From Gemmata obscuriglobus (GTDB lineage Bacteria > Planctomycetota > Planctomycetia > Gemmatales > Gemmataceae): 32,000 nucleotides of DNA. Positions 8,992 through 18,652 of the stretch are shown here, piece by piece. Within the stretch, counting starts at the first letter, position 1. Each line of letters opens with the position of its first letter. The position numbers and the translations under genes were made by a program. The notes below the pieces were generated by a model, which saw only the letters and a program-made list of their open reading frames with translations, was not told the DNA's origin and ran no database searches. The stretch spans positions 1,110,001 to 1,142,000 of the forward strand of contig NZ_CP042911.1 in NCBI RefSeq assembly GCF_008065095.1, written 5' to 3'.

Positions 8992-9027
8992 CGCGCACGA
9001 CACGGCTCGCGGGCCGTGTCGTGCGCG
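8992..9027 (+). terminator. GC-rich hairpin immediately after the stop codon (possible terminator)
   Basis: GCGCACGACACGGC-TCGCGG-GCCGTGTCGTGCGC forms a 14-bp stem starting 8 nt after the TGA at 8983-8985. There is no clean U-tract. Confidence 0.35.
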
Positions 9028-9080
9028 CGGTCTTCACACGCTTTTCGCGTGACTCTGGTCGGGGTGGGCTTACGGTAACC

Positions 9081-9103
9081 AGCGGCGCGCCCGGCGCGCC
9101 GCT
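9081..9103. promoter_or_regulatory. perfect 23-nt palindrome of 22 G/C and one A.T pair, upstream of phoD (possible operator or 5'-UTR hairpin)
   Basis: AGCGGCGCGCC-C-GGCGCGCCGCT has 11-nt arms around one central base. It ends 23 nt before the ATG at 9127. Confidence 0.3.
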
Positions 9104-9126
9104 CGCCCGAACCCGAAGGGCCTCTC

Positions 9127-10743
9127 ATGCTCGACCTGTCCCGCATCCCCACCGCGCTCCGCTCCGAAGGCGGCTTGTCCCGGCGCCTGTTCCTGGCATA
9201 CGGTGCTGCGCTGGCGGCCCTTCCGTCGCTCGCGACTCGCACGCACGCCGCGGACAAGAAGGTGACGTTTTCCGCCGACCCGTTCGCGCTGGGGGTGGCG
9301 TCCGGCGACCCGAACGCCGACAGCGTGGTGCTGTGGACGAAGCTCGCTCCTGAACCGCTCGCACCGGACGGCGGGATGAAACCCGACGCCGTGAGCGTGA
9401 CCTGGGAAGTGGCCGAAGACGAAGCGATGAAGAAGGTGGTGGCGAGTGGCGCGGTCGTCGCTGCCCCGCAGCTCGGCCACTCGGTTCACGTGGAGGCGAA
9501 AGGGCTCAAACCGGACCGCTGGTACTGGTTCCGGTTCACGGCCGGGGACGCGCGGAGCCCGGTGGGCCGCACCCGCACGCTTCCCGCCTCCGACGCCGCG
9601 CCCGACAAACTCAAGTTCGCGTTCGCCTCGTGCCAGCACTACGAGCAGGGGCTGTACACGGCCTACGAGCAGATGGCGAAGGACGACCTCGACCTGGTCT
9701 TCCACCTGGGCGACTACATCTACGAGTACCCGAACCGCGAAACCGCCAAGGTGGTGCGCAAGCACACGGGTCCGAAAGACGGGAAGATCAAGACGCTGGG
9801 CGACTACCGCGAGCGGCACGCGCTGTACCGGTCGGACCGGCTGCTCAGCGGGATGCACGCGCGGTGCCCGTGGTTCGTGACCTGGGACGATCACGAGTTC
9901 GACAACAACTACGCCAACGACATCCAGGAGCGCCAGCCGAAGGGCAAGGCAAAGGCGGACCCGGCCGACTTCCTGGTCCAGCGGGCCGCGGCGTACCAGG
10001 CGTACTACGAGTTCATGCCGCTGCGGCCCCGGGCGCTGCCGAAGGGGCCGGACATGCAGCTCTACCGCAAGGCGAGCTTCGGCCGGCTGGCCGAGTTCTT
10101 CGTCCTGGACACGCGGCAGTACCGCACCCCGCAGCCCAACGAGGACGGGCTCAAGCCGCTCAACGAGGCCGCGCTGGACCCGAAGAACACGCTGCTGGGC
10201 AAGGCGCAGCGCGGGTGGCTGGACGCCGGGCTGCTGGCGTCCGGCGCCACGTGGAACGTGCTGGCCCAGCAGGTGATGATGGCGCTGGTGGAGATCACCA
10301 CCGCGAAGACGGCCGGGTACTCGATGGACCAGTGGCCCGGAGCCGCGCACGAGCGGATGGCGCTGATGAAGTTCATCGCCGACCGCAAGGTGCCCAACCC
10401 GGTGGTGCTGACCGGGGACATCCACTCGAACTGGGTGAACGACCTGCGCGTGGACGACCGCAGGCACGACGCCCCGGTGGTCGCCACCGAGTTCGTGGGA
10501 ACGAGCATCTCCAGCGGCGGGAACGGGCCGAAGGAGGTCGCGGGGCTGGACAAGTTGCAGGCCGCGAACCCCTGCGTGAAGTTCCACAACCGCGACCGCG
10601 GGTACGTCCGCTGCACGGTGACGCCGACCGCCTGGACCAGCGACTACGTCGCGGTCGAGGACGTGACCAAGTCGGGCGGCCGGGTGACCACTCGCGCCTC
10701 GTTCGTGGTCGAGGCCGGTACTCCCGGCGCGAAGAAAGCCTGA
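9127..10743 (+). CDS. phoD: alkaline phosphatase D family protein (PhoD), Tat-exported
   Basis: The twin-arginine signal is LSRRLFLAYGAALAALPSLA. The PhoD N-domain motif is DPFALGVASGDPNADSVVLWTKL. Metallophosphatase motifs FASCQHYEQG, HLGDYIYEY, TWDDHEFDNNY and LTGDIHSNWV are present. Confidence 0.92.
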   Translation: MLDLSRIPTALRSEGGLSRRLFLAYGAALAALPSLATRTHAADKKVTFSADPFALGVASGDPNADSVVLWTKLAPEPLAPDGGMKPDAVSVTWEVAEDEAMKKVVASGAVVAAPQLGHSVHVEAKGLKPDRWYWFRFTAGDARSPVGRTRTLPASDAAPDKLKFAFASCQHYEQGLYTAYEQMAKDDLDLVFHLGDYIYEYPNRETAKVVRKHTGPKDGKIKTLGDYRERHALYRSDRLLSGMHARCPWFVTWDDHEFDNNYANDIQERQPKGKAKADPADFLVQRAAAYQAYYEFMPLRPRALPKGPDMQLYRKASFGRLAEFFVLDTRQYRTPQPNEDGLKPLNEAALDPKNTLLGKAQRGWLDAGLLASGATWNVLAQQVMMALVEITTAKTAGYSMDQWPGAAHERMALMKFIADRKVPNPVVLTGDIHSNWVNDLRVDDRRHDAPVVATEFVGTSISSGGNGPKEVAGLDKLQAANPCVKFHNRDRGYVRCTVTPTAWTSDYVAVEDVTKSGGRVTTRASFVVEAGTPGAKKA

Positions 10744-10783
10744 GCCGACCGCACAGCGGGCTTCAAGCCCGCGCCGCTGGCGC

Positions 10784-11101
10784 TCAAGCAGACGAGCGGC
10801 GTGCCCTTCGCCGCTCGTAGTTCGCGACGAGGGTGTCCTTCAGCGTCCGGGTCAGTTTCTTGATCGCGAGTTCGCGGCGCAGGGCGTCACCGTGTGTCTT
10901 CACCGCTTGCCGGTAGGCCACGGTCACGGGCCGGCGTGACCGCGTGTACTTTGACGCCGTGCCCGCGTTGTGCTGCGCGAGGCGGCGGTTCAGGTCGGTG
11001 GTGATGCCGGTGTACAGCGTGCCGTCGGCGCACCGCAGGATGTACACCACCCACTTCGGGTTCTTCGCCTTCGGTGATTGCGAACGCGCCCGCGGGGGCA
11101 T
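10784..11101 (-). CDS. GIY-YIG nuclease family protein (UPF0213/YhbQ-like)
   Basis: The motif WVVYILRCADGTLYTGITTDLNRRLAQHNAG...KYTRSRRP is a canonical GIY-YIG core. The internal ATG at 11101 (MPPRARS...) was chosen. Confidence 0.85.
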   Translation of the reverse strand: MPPRARSQSPKAKNPKWVVYILRCADGTLYTGITTDLNRRLAQHNAGTASKYTRSRRPVTVAYRQAVKTHGDALRRELAIKKLTRTLKDTLVANYERRRARRSSA

Positions 11102-11357
11102 ATCTTGGAGCCCTCTCGTAATCCGTCGAAAGAGGTGCGGGACGGGCTGACGGCCATTCACCCGGACGCGAACACCGCCTCCGCCCCGGCCAGCAACTTC
11201 CTTTTCTAGCTACGGATCAGGGTCGGGTGAGTGCCGAACTGAAGCGATACGCTCGTTGAGCGTCTTGTCACACCTCCGAGCCGCCGGCGTCGCACAGGCT
11301 TTGAACTCCGCCGAAGGCTCCTTCGCGATCGACAGAACCACTGAACGGGGTACGAGA

Positions 11358-11726
11358 ATGGATGACGAATCGGAACCCGACGACCGCCCGCGGCGGCGTC
11401 GCCGTGACGAGGACGGGGACGGCGGTCGCCGTTCCCGGCGGCCGCCACCGGACGACTTCGAGCCAACCGAACTGCTCATCCCGGGCGGCAGCCCGTACGC
11501 CATCATCTCCCTGTACATGGGGCTGATCGGGTTGTGCCTCCCGATCATCGGACTGGTGTTCGCCGTCCCGGCGTTCATCTGCGGCATCGTCGCCGTCCGC
11601 CGGTGGAAGAAGACGAACACGTACGGGGGCGTGACGAGCAACATCCGCGCGCTGTTGGGCCTGATCATGAGCGGCTTGGGCGTCCTCGTTTGGGGAACCA
11701 TCGCGACGATACTCGCCTTCAAGTAG
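11358..11726 (+). CDS. small membrane protein, DUF4190-like, with a highly charged N-terminal tail
   Basis: ATG at 11358. The acidic/basic disordered N-terminus (DDESEPDDRPRRRRRDEDGDGGRRSRR) is followed by two hydrophobic hairpin segments separated by RRWKKTNTYGG. Confidence 0.62.
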   Translation: MDDESEPDDRPRRRRRDEDGDGGRRSRRPPPDDFEPTELLIPGGSPYAIISLYMGLIGLCLPIIGLVFAVPAFICGIVAVRRWKKTNTYGGVTSNIRALLGLIMSGLGVLVWGTIATILAFK

Positions 11727-11881
11727 CAACGGCGAAATCGCGTACCGCGCGGCCGCCCTTTGGGGGGCACTCGGCTCACAAAGAACCGGCCGACCAAACG
11801 AAGAACGCGCGGTTGCTGTTCGGGGCGAAACATCGGTGTGTGTGATGAGAGCCGGACCTGCTTGGCGAAGGAAGACGAACG

Positions 11882-12421
11882 GTGAGCGATATCTGTCCGC
11901 ACTGCAAAGTCAAGCTCCCATATGTTGTCGATGCGTTCTGCCCGGAGTGCCGTGAGTCGCTCACGGAATCACCAGAAGCGGATAGTTACGCGCCCGTTTT
12001 GCCTGGAGTTGCTCCTCTCGATGAGCCGCGTTCACGCGCGGCCCCCTGGCCTCTTCACACCCGCCTGTTCGTGCTCGCGTTCTACGCTCTTGCGGTCGCA
12101 ATGGGTGTCCGAAGCATCTGGTTCTGGGAGCCGTCCGTGCTGGACGGGTTGATCCCGGTCGCAACCGCCGTTTGCTTGGGGTGGTGGGCGGTTGTGGACG
12201 CCCGCCGGCGCCGGCACCCGATTCCGCTTCTGTCCCGGCCGTGGTTCTTCTTGCTGGCGCCGGTGGTGGTGCCGGGGTACGTTATTTGGAGCCGCCGCGG
12301 GTGGGGGGCAGGATTGGTCGCACTGCACGCAGCACTGTGGTACGGAACGGGCTTTGCCGTCATGCACATCGGCGGGGTTATCGTGTTCGGGCGCGAGTGG
12401 CTTCGCGCCCTCGGGTTGTAA
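11882..12421 (+). CDS. zinc-ribbon (CxxC...CxxC) membrane protein, hypothetical
   Basis: GTG start. The N-terminus ICPHCKVKLPYVVDAFCPECRE has four Cys in a zinc-ribbon arrangement. It is followed by about 4 hydrophobic helices. The G+C content at the 5' end is visibly lower. Confidence 0.58.
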   Translation: MSDICPHCKVKLPYVVDAFCPECRESLTESPEADSYAPVLPGVAPLDEPRSRAAPWPLHTRLFVLAFYALAVAMGVRSIWFWEPSVLDGLIPVATAVCLGWWAVVDARRRRHPIPLLSRPWFFLLAPVVVPGYVIWSRRGWGAGLVALHAALWYGTGFAVMHIGGVIVFGREWLRALGL

Positions 12422-12475
12422 CGACGCCAACCGCATTTGCCGCAGCGCTGGCCCCCAACCGCCAAGGTCGCACAG

Positions 12476-12967
12476 ATGATCGACGAGTTAACTACTATCC
12501 GTGAGGTCGATCTCGCGAGCGCGGAAGCGATACTGGCCGTTCGCCTGTTCATTCCCGGTGTGGTGGAGGGAATTGGCGACGAGTATCCTCTGGCACGCGT
12601 CCCGCCCCTGGCCGCCGTGATCACATCCCGTACCGTCACCCCGGACGGAACAGAGACAGGCACCATCACCACGACGGGTGCGGTGGTCGTGTACTGCGCT
12701 CACGTGGACGGGCAGACGGCGGACGGACGGGGCTATGGGTTCAGCAAAACCGTGTTCATTGAGGGCCGGGCGACAGACGCGGTCGCAGTTCATGTGTCGC
12801 TTTGCTGGACGGACCGTCACGGGCGCCGCGGGAGCCTGGACGAAGAGTTGCTGGTGCCGTGGTTAGGAGACTCCCGGCGCGAGGTGGCGGGCGGATGGGT
12901 CGAGGCGCGTATCACCCCGATCGCATGTCGCGCTGACTCCAACTCTGCACCAAACCACGGCGCGTAG
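12476..12967 (+). CDS. hypothetical protein (ORFan)
   Basis: ATG at 12476 (a TTG at 12437 is possible). The third-position G/C bias is coding-like but weaker than in neighbouring core genes. No motif was recognised. Confidence 0.5.
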   Translation: MIDELTTIREVDLASAEAILAVRLFIPGVVEGIGDEYPLARVPPLAAVITSRTVTPDGTETGTITTTGAVVVYCAHVDGQTADGRGYGFSKTVFIEGRATDAVAVHVSLCWTDRHGRRGSLDEELLVPWLGDSRREVAGGWVEARITPIACRADSNSAPNHGA

Positions 12968-13020
12968 ATCATTCCCTGTGCCGGTGGTGACGGGCGGCCG
13001 GCGAGTGGCATGTTCGGCCT

Positions 13021-13413
13021 GTGGAGATGCGATTGAACCGCGAGTTGCTTACACAACTGGCGTCGCTCGTCGAGCGCCTGAACGAGTGGCAGGGGACGAT
13101 GGTGGAGGTGATCGAACAAATCACCCGCTCACCGGGCAGCCTTGACCGGCACCACACCACCTACTCGTCGTTCGTGATGCGGTTGGAGTTCGTGGGCGTT
13201 GCGTTCAGCGGCGCGTCACTGATGGTGCTGGGAAAGGCGCTCGGCCGGGACGTGGGATACCAAGCCTCCTGCGATTTCCTCGAACGGCTGTCCGTGAAGC
13301 CTGACGGGGTCACGTTCGTGGAGCGGTTCGCCAGGGTGGCCGAGCGGCACACGACGATCAGACAACTGAGTGCGAGCCCAGGCACCGAACCTGACGCGGC
13401 CCCGGGCGCATAG
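13021..13413 (+). CDS. hypothetical protein (ORFan)
   Basis: Start is GTG at 13021 or ATG at 13027. The codon pattern is coding-like and no motif was recognised. It is convergent with the kinase gene. Confidence 0.5.
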   Translation: MEMRLNRELLTQLASLVERLNEWQGTMVEVIEQITRSPGSLDRHHTTYSSFVMRLEFVGVAFSGASLMVLGKALGRDVGYQASCDFLERLSVKPDGVTFVERFARVAERHTTIRQLSASPGTEPDAAPGA

Positions 13414-13481
13414 GTTACTCGGCGACACGTACCAACGAAGCGACGGGGGAAGCTCCGCACGAACCGCCTTGCGCCGCAACC

Positions 13482-15272
13482 TCACGCCGGACCGGTCAGC
13501 CAGACGGCCGCGAGCCGGCGGGTCCGGCGGACGATCCGCTCGGCGATCCCGACCCCCGCGACCCCGGCCCCGATGAGCCCCACCGTGAGCACCCGGAACC
13601 CGAGCGTGAGGACCCCGTCGGCCAGCGTCAGCAGCAACACCGCCCCCACCAGCGGGACCGCGCACGCGAGCGTCATGAGCGCGCCGAGCGGGGCCGTCAG
13701 CGGTTGCACCTCCGCCCGCGCCGCCGCCGGGGCGAACGCGTCCGGGTTCCCCAGGTGCGGGTACAGCGCGCGGAACACCACGTAGGTGATGCACAGGTAA
13801 CTGAACACGCACCCGATCAGCCCGGCCAGCGCGAACGACACGAAGTAGTGCGCGTAGGTCTGCCACCCGAGCGGCCCGGCCAGCACGTCGATGGCGACCG
13901 GGAACACCAGCGCGCCCGGCAGCCAGCCCACCGCACCCAGCACCGCCGACCGAGCGCCGATCCGCCGCACCTCGCCGCGCAGCGCGTCCAGTTGGGGGCC
14001 GCTCAGCGCCCCGACCACCGGGAGCTTGCGGGTGATGCGCCAGAACAGCCACAGCCCGATGCCCCCGCACGTCGGGTACACGACCAGGTTGTACGCCCAC
14101 AGCAGCCGCTCGAACACCATGCCCTGCGCCGCGCTCAGGTTCACCTCGACGAGGTTGTACCCGATCTGCACCACCGACGCGGCGGCGTGCGGGAGGATGC
14201 CCGCCAGCGCCAGCGCCAGGGCCGGCCGCGCGCCCACCCGCCGGTCCAGCGGCGTGGGCGCCGGCAGCTCCCGCCGGGCGGCCATGAGCCGCCCCGCCGC
14301 GCCCAGCGCCGCCGCCAGCTCGGCCGCAGACGAATACCGGTCTGCCGGGTCCGGGCGGAGCGTGCGGCGGATCACCGCGGCCAGTTCGCGGGGCACCCGG
14401 TCGAGCGCGTCCGGGCCGCCCGGCTCCGGGGACTCCGGCGGCGGCGCCAGCCGGGGCGGTCGGCGGCCGGTGGCCAGTTCGTACAGCACCACCCCGAGCG
14501 AGTACACGTCGCACCGCTCGTCGGCCGCGCCGCCGGGCAGCCCGGCCATCGCGGCGTAGTACTCGGGCGCCATGTACGCCAACGTGCCCCCGTACCGCAC
14601 CCCGTCCCGGTGCCGGGTGCGGTCGAACGCCACGTTGAAGTCCGCCAGCATCGGCCGCCCGTAGGGCGTGATCAGGATGTTCCCCGGCTTGATGTCGCAG
14701 TGCAGCACGCCGCGGGCGTGCGCGAACGCGAGCGCCTCGGCCAGCCGCGCCCCAAGCCGGCACACGGCCTGCGGGAACTCGTCCGCCCCGAGCGCCTCGC
14801 GGTCCCGCAGCGCGGCCGGGTCGAACCCCGGGTCGCCGCGCCGCAGCCGGTCGAGCGCGGCCAGCAACTCGGCCCCGGACTGCGGCTGGCGGCCGCCCTC
14901 GTACAGGTGGCGGATCAGCACCCCGAGGTCCGCCCCGGGCACGTACTGGAGGCACAACCCGGCCAACCCGGTGTCGGGGTCCGCGAACGCCGAGAACACC
15001 TTCACGATGTGGTCGTGCTCGAGGCCGGCGAGCAACTGCCCCTCGCTGCGCCCGGCCATCTCGCGGTCGGTCACCTTGAGCGCGACGTGCCGCCCGAGCG
15101 ACACCTGGTGCGCCAGGAACACCTGCCCGAACGCCCCCTGCCCCAACTTCGAGACGATCTCGAAGTCACCGACGCGGGGCGGGACGGCCGCGCCGCCCCC
15201 GTGCGCCCAGGGGGGCGGATTGGAAATCCGGGTGGTCTGGTCCGGCGGTGAGTCGTCGGGGAGCGTGCTCAT
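13482..15272 (-). CDS. serine/threonine protein kinase with polytopic membrane C-terminal domain
   Basis: Hanks-type motifs are present: [25 protein letters not shown] and TLAYMAPE. The C-terminal roughly 230 aa contains multiple hydrophobic helices. ATG at 15272 (MSTLPDD...) was chosen over the ORF-track start at 15434. Confidence 0.9.
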   Translation of the reverse strand: MSTLPDDSPPDQTTRISNPPPWAHGGGAAVPPRVGDFEIVSKLGQGAFGQVFLAHQVSLGRHVALKVTDREMAGRSEGQLLAGLEHDHIVKVFSAFADPDTGLAGLCLQYVPGADLGVLIRHLYEGGRQPQSGAELLAALDRLRRGDPGFDPAALRDREALGADEFPQAVCRLGARLAEALAFAHARGVLHCDIKPGNILITPYGRPMLADFNVAFDRTRHRDGVRYGGTLAYMAPEYYAAMAGLPGGAADERCDVYSLGVVLYELATGRRPPRLAPPPESPEPGGPDALDRVPRELAAVIRRTLRPDPADRYSSAAELAAALGAAGRLMAARRELPAPTPLDRRVGARPALALALAGILPHAAASVVQIGYNLVEVNLSAAQGMVFERLLWAYNLVVYPTCGGIGLWLFWRITRKLPVVGALSGPQLDALRGEVRRIGARSAVLGAVGWLPGALVFPVAIDVLAGPLGWQTYAHYFVSFALAGLIGCVFSYLCITYVVFRALYPHLGNPDAFAPAAARAEVQPLTAPLGALMTLACAVPLVGAVLLLTLADGVLTLGFRVLTVGLIGAGVAGVGIAERIVRRTRRLAAVWLTGPA

Positions 15273-15532
15273 CAGTCGGTCCGGCGGCAAAGCGGGGCAC
15301 CACCACCGTTTTACGACCCGCGGCAGCTCTACAAGGAAGGTGCGACCGTAAAGCACCGCCCTCACCCCGCGGCACCGGCACTTCCCCTTGCCGGGAACTG
15401 GAAGCGATTGCTCCTGGCCCGTTTCTGCCGCCACCGCCGGCGCCGGTGGACCGCCGCAACCGCCCGGCGCTGAACGCCGGGGTGCCCGACGGCTACACTA
15501 CCGACAGCAGTTCCGAAGCAGGGAGCAAATCT

Positions 15533-16930
<1,398 letters not shown>

Positions 16931-17143
16931 CGGGCCGAAAGCGGACGCCCGCCGTTGTTCGGTGAGCGTCCGTGCCGGCGCTCAGTCGCGTATCGGCGGT
17001 TTCGGTCACGCGTCTCCCGGCCGCCCGTCTGGCCCGCTCCCCGAGCGGGTACACTCAAATCCCAGAACATCGCTCAACGACGGATTGCCGACGGACGCGA
17101 AGCCGGAATGGTGCCTCGTTCGCGGCTCGAATCTGGAGCCGTC

Positions 17144-18394
17144 CTACTTCGCGTTCTTGGCCTTCCACAGCCCCATTTCGATCTTCAGCCGGGTTTGTGT
17201 CGCGTAGTTCAGCAACTGCGGTTTGTATGCACCGGCCTCGACGCGCCGTTGCGTATATTGCTCCTGGTCCTTCGCTGCGACGAGCAACTCTTCAAGCCAG
17301 GGGACGAGTTCCTTTGGCTGCTCCGCCCACAACTCCGTCGCCGCCGCCTGGATGTCCAGCAAGCAGTTCGCATCGAGGACGAAGGAGTTCGGATCGGGTC
17401 CGGAATGCTGGTTCCATTGGGGGAGTTGGAACTGGAGCGTGCCCTGGTGCAACCGGGCCTTGAGGAGCTTGCGTGCGGTGTCATCGGTCGGCTCGATCTT
17501 CAGGGCTACCACTCCGAACAGCCGCGGGCACCGGTCGGTGTAGCGCGCCATCCGTCTGGCAAAGGCGAACGACGACCAGCCGCTATTCCCAAGGACTCCC
17601 GCAACCACCGGGGGAACAATGTCCGGGAACAGGGTCGGGGGCACCTTCGTGCCCGCGATCCAGTCGCCTTCAGCAGGCACTGCCTTCTCGCGTGCTGTTG
17701 TCGGCTGTGTCTTGCTCGGCTCGGCTTGGGGGTTCTTCGCCCTCCACAGGACCAACTCGAGTTGAAGTCGCACGCGCGTCATGGACATCACCTCTGGTGG
17801 CCTAAGAGACCCCACCTCAACTCGTAACCGCGTGAACCGCTCGAACTGCTTCGCCGCGACGATCAACTCTTCGAGCCAGGGAACGAGCTCTTTTGGCTGC
17901 TCTCTCAACAGCTCCGCCAGCGTGCTTTGTATTTCCAGAAGGTTAACGCCTGGGCGCCCGGCGTCAGACAGAGGCCGTCCCTCGATCGGCTTCAAATGCT
18001 CCTGGTACTCGAGAATGAGTTGGTGCGTATGGGCCTTTAAGAGCTTCCGAAGTGCGTCATCGGTCGGCTCAATTTTCAGGACCGCTTTCCCGAGGAGCCG
18101 CGGGCACAACTCGTTGAAGGCCGCCGCGCGCCTTTTCCAGAACACCTCCACGTCTTCTTTCCCGTCCCACTCGGCTGGAGTGAACACGAGATCGGGAAAC
18201 ATACTGGGCGGAACGCGGATGTCCCGGCGCGAGTCGTGCCGGTCGGCGCGAAACGCGGTGAGCGGCGGGAGCCACGCCGCGTCGTCGGCTTTCGGCGTCG
18301 CATCGGGTTTCTTCTCGTCACCCGCTCGCACCCCGCTCGTGGCGAACGTCACGCACAAGACCGCGAACAACACCCGCTTGGCCGAAGTGCGCAT
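17144..18394 (-). CDS. secreted hypothetical protein with two tandem homologous domains of about 160 aa
   Basis: ATG at 18394 has GGAGG 6 nt upstream. The signal peptide is MRTSAKRVLFAVLCVTFATSGVRAG. Repeat 1 (aa 61-221) and repeat 2 (aa 251-414) share VPPxxFPD, CPRLxG..LKIEPTDD..RKLLKA, EQPKELVPWLEEL..AAK and LW[RK]AKN. G+C is visibly lower than in the flanking genes. Confidence 0.75.
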   Translation of the reverse strand: MRTSAKRVLFAVLCVTFATSGVRAGDEKKPDATPKADDAAWLPPLTAFRADRHDSRRDIRVPPSMFPDLVFTPAEWDGKEDVEVFWKRRAAAFNELCPRLLGKAVLKIEPTDDALRKLLKAHTHQLILEYQEHLKPIEGRPLSDAGRPGVNLLEIQSTLAELLREQPKELVPWLEELIVAAKQFERFTRLRVEVGSLRPPEVMSMTRVRLQLELVLWRAKNPQAEPSKTQPTTAREKAVPAEGDWIAGTKVPPTLFPDIVPPVVAGVLGNSGWSSFAFARRMARYTDRCPRLFGVVALKIEPTDDTARKLLKARLHQGTLQFQLPQWNQHSGPDPNSFVLDANCLLDIQAAATELWAEQPKELVPWLEELLVAAKDQEQYTQRRVEAGAYKPQLLNYATQTRLKIEMGLWKAKNAK

Positions 18395-18468
18395 TTTAGC
18401 CTCCGAAATGCGATCGATTCGCCTCTCGTTCGACCGAGTCGATGGTATCGCGTTCCGATCGCGTTCAC

Positions 18469-18494
18469 AACGCCGCGCCTTCAAACCGCGTTCC
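18469..18494 (-). promoter_or_regulatory. candidate ECF-type promoter (GGAAC-N17-CGTT) upstream of the duplicated-domain gene
   Basis: The minus strand reads GGAACgcggtttgaaggcgcggCGTT, about 75 nt upstream of the ATG at 18394. This is a motif match only. Confidence 0.3.
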
Positions 18495-18652
18495 GCATCT
18501 CGGCTGGCGAATGGACGGTCCGACCGGGTAATTTGCCCCCTTGGGGCTCCGCGGCGGTACGCGGACATTTTTTCCCCACTCATCGAAGGGACGGATGGGT
18601 GGGCGCCAATATACGGTGGGCCGGCACGACGCCGGCCCTCGGAGGCAAGGGA

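Noticed and set aside
13216-15251. Large ORFs 13216..14955 (-), 13704..15251 (+) and 13891..14559 (+) overlapping the kinase gene
   Set aside because: These are alternative-frame or antisense shadows with Arg/Gly/Pro/Ala-dominated products. Only the frame 13482..15272 carries the Hanks kinase motifs.
17060-17143. tRNA-like T-arm (GGCTC-GAATCTG-GAGCC) in the asnS downstream region
   Set aside because: The loop lacks the TTC consensus, no complementary acceptor-stem 5' strand is present upstream, and there is no anticodon-arm geometry on either strand.
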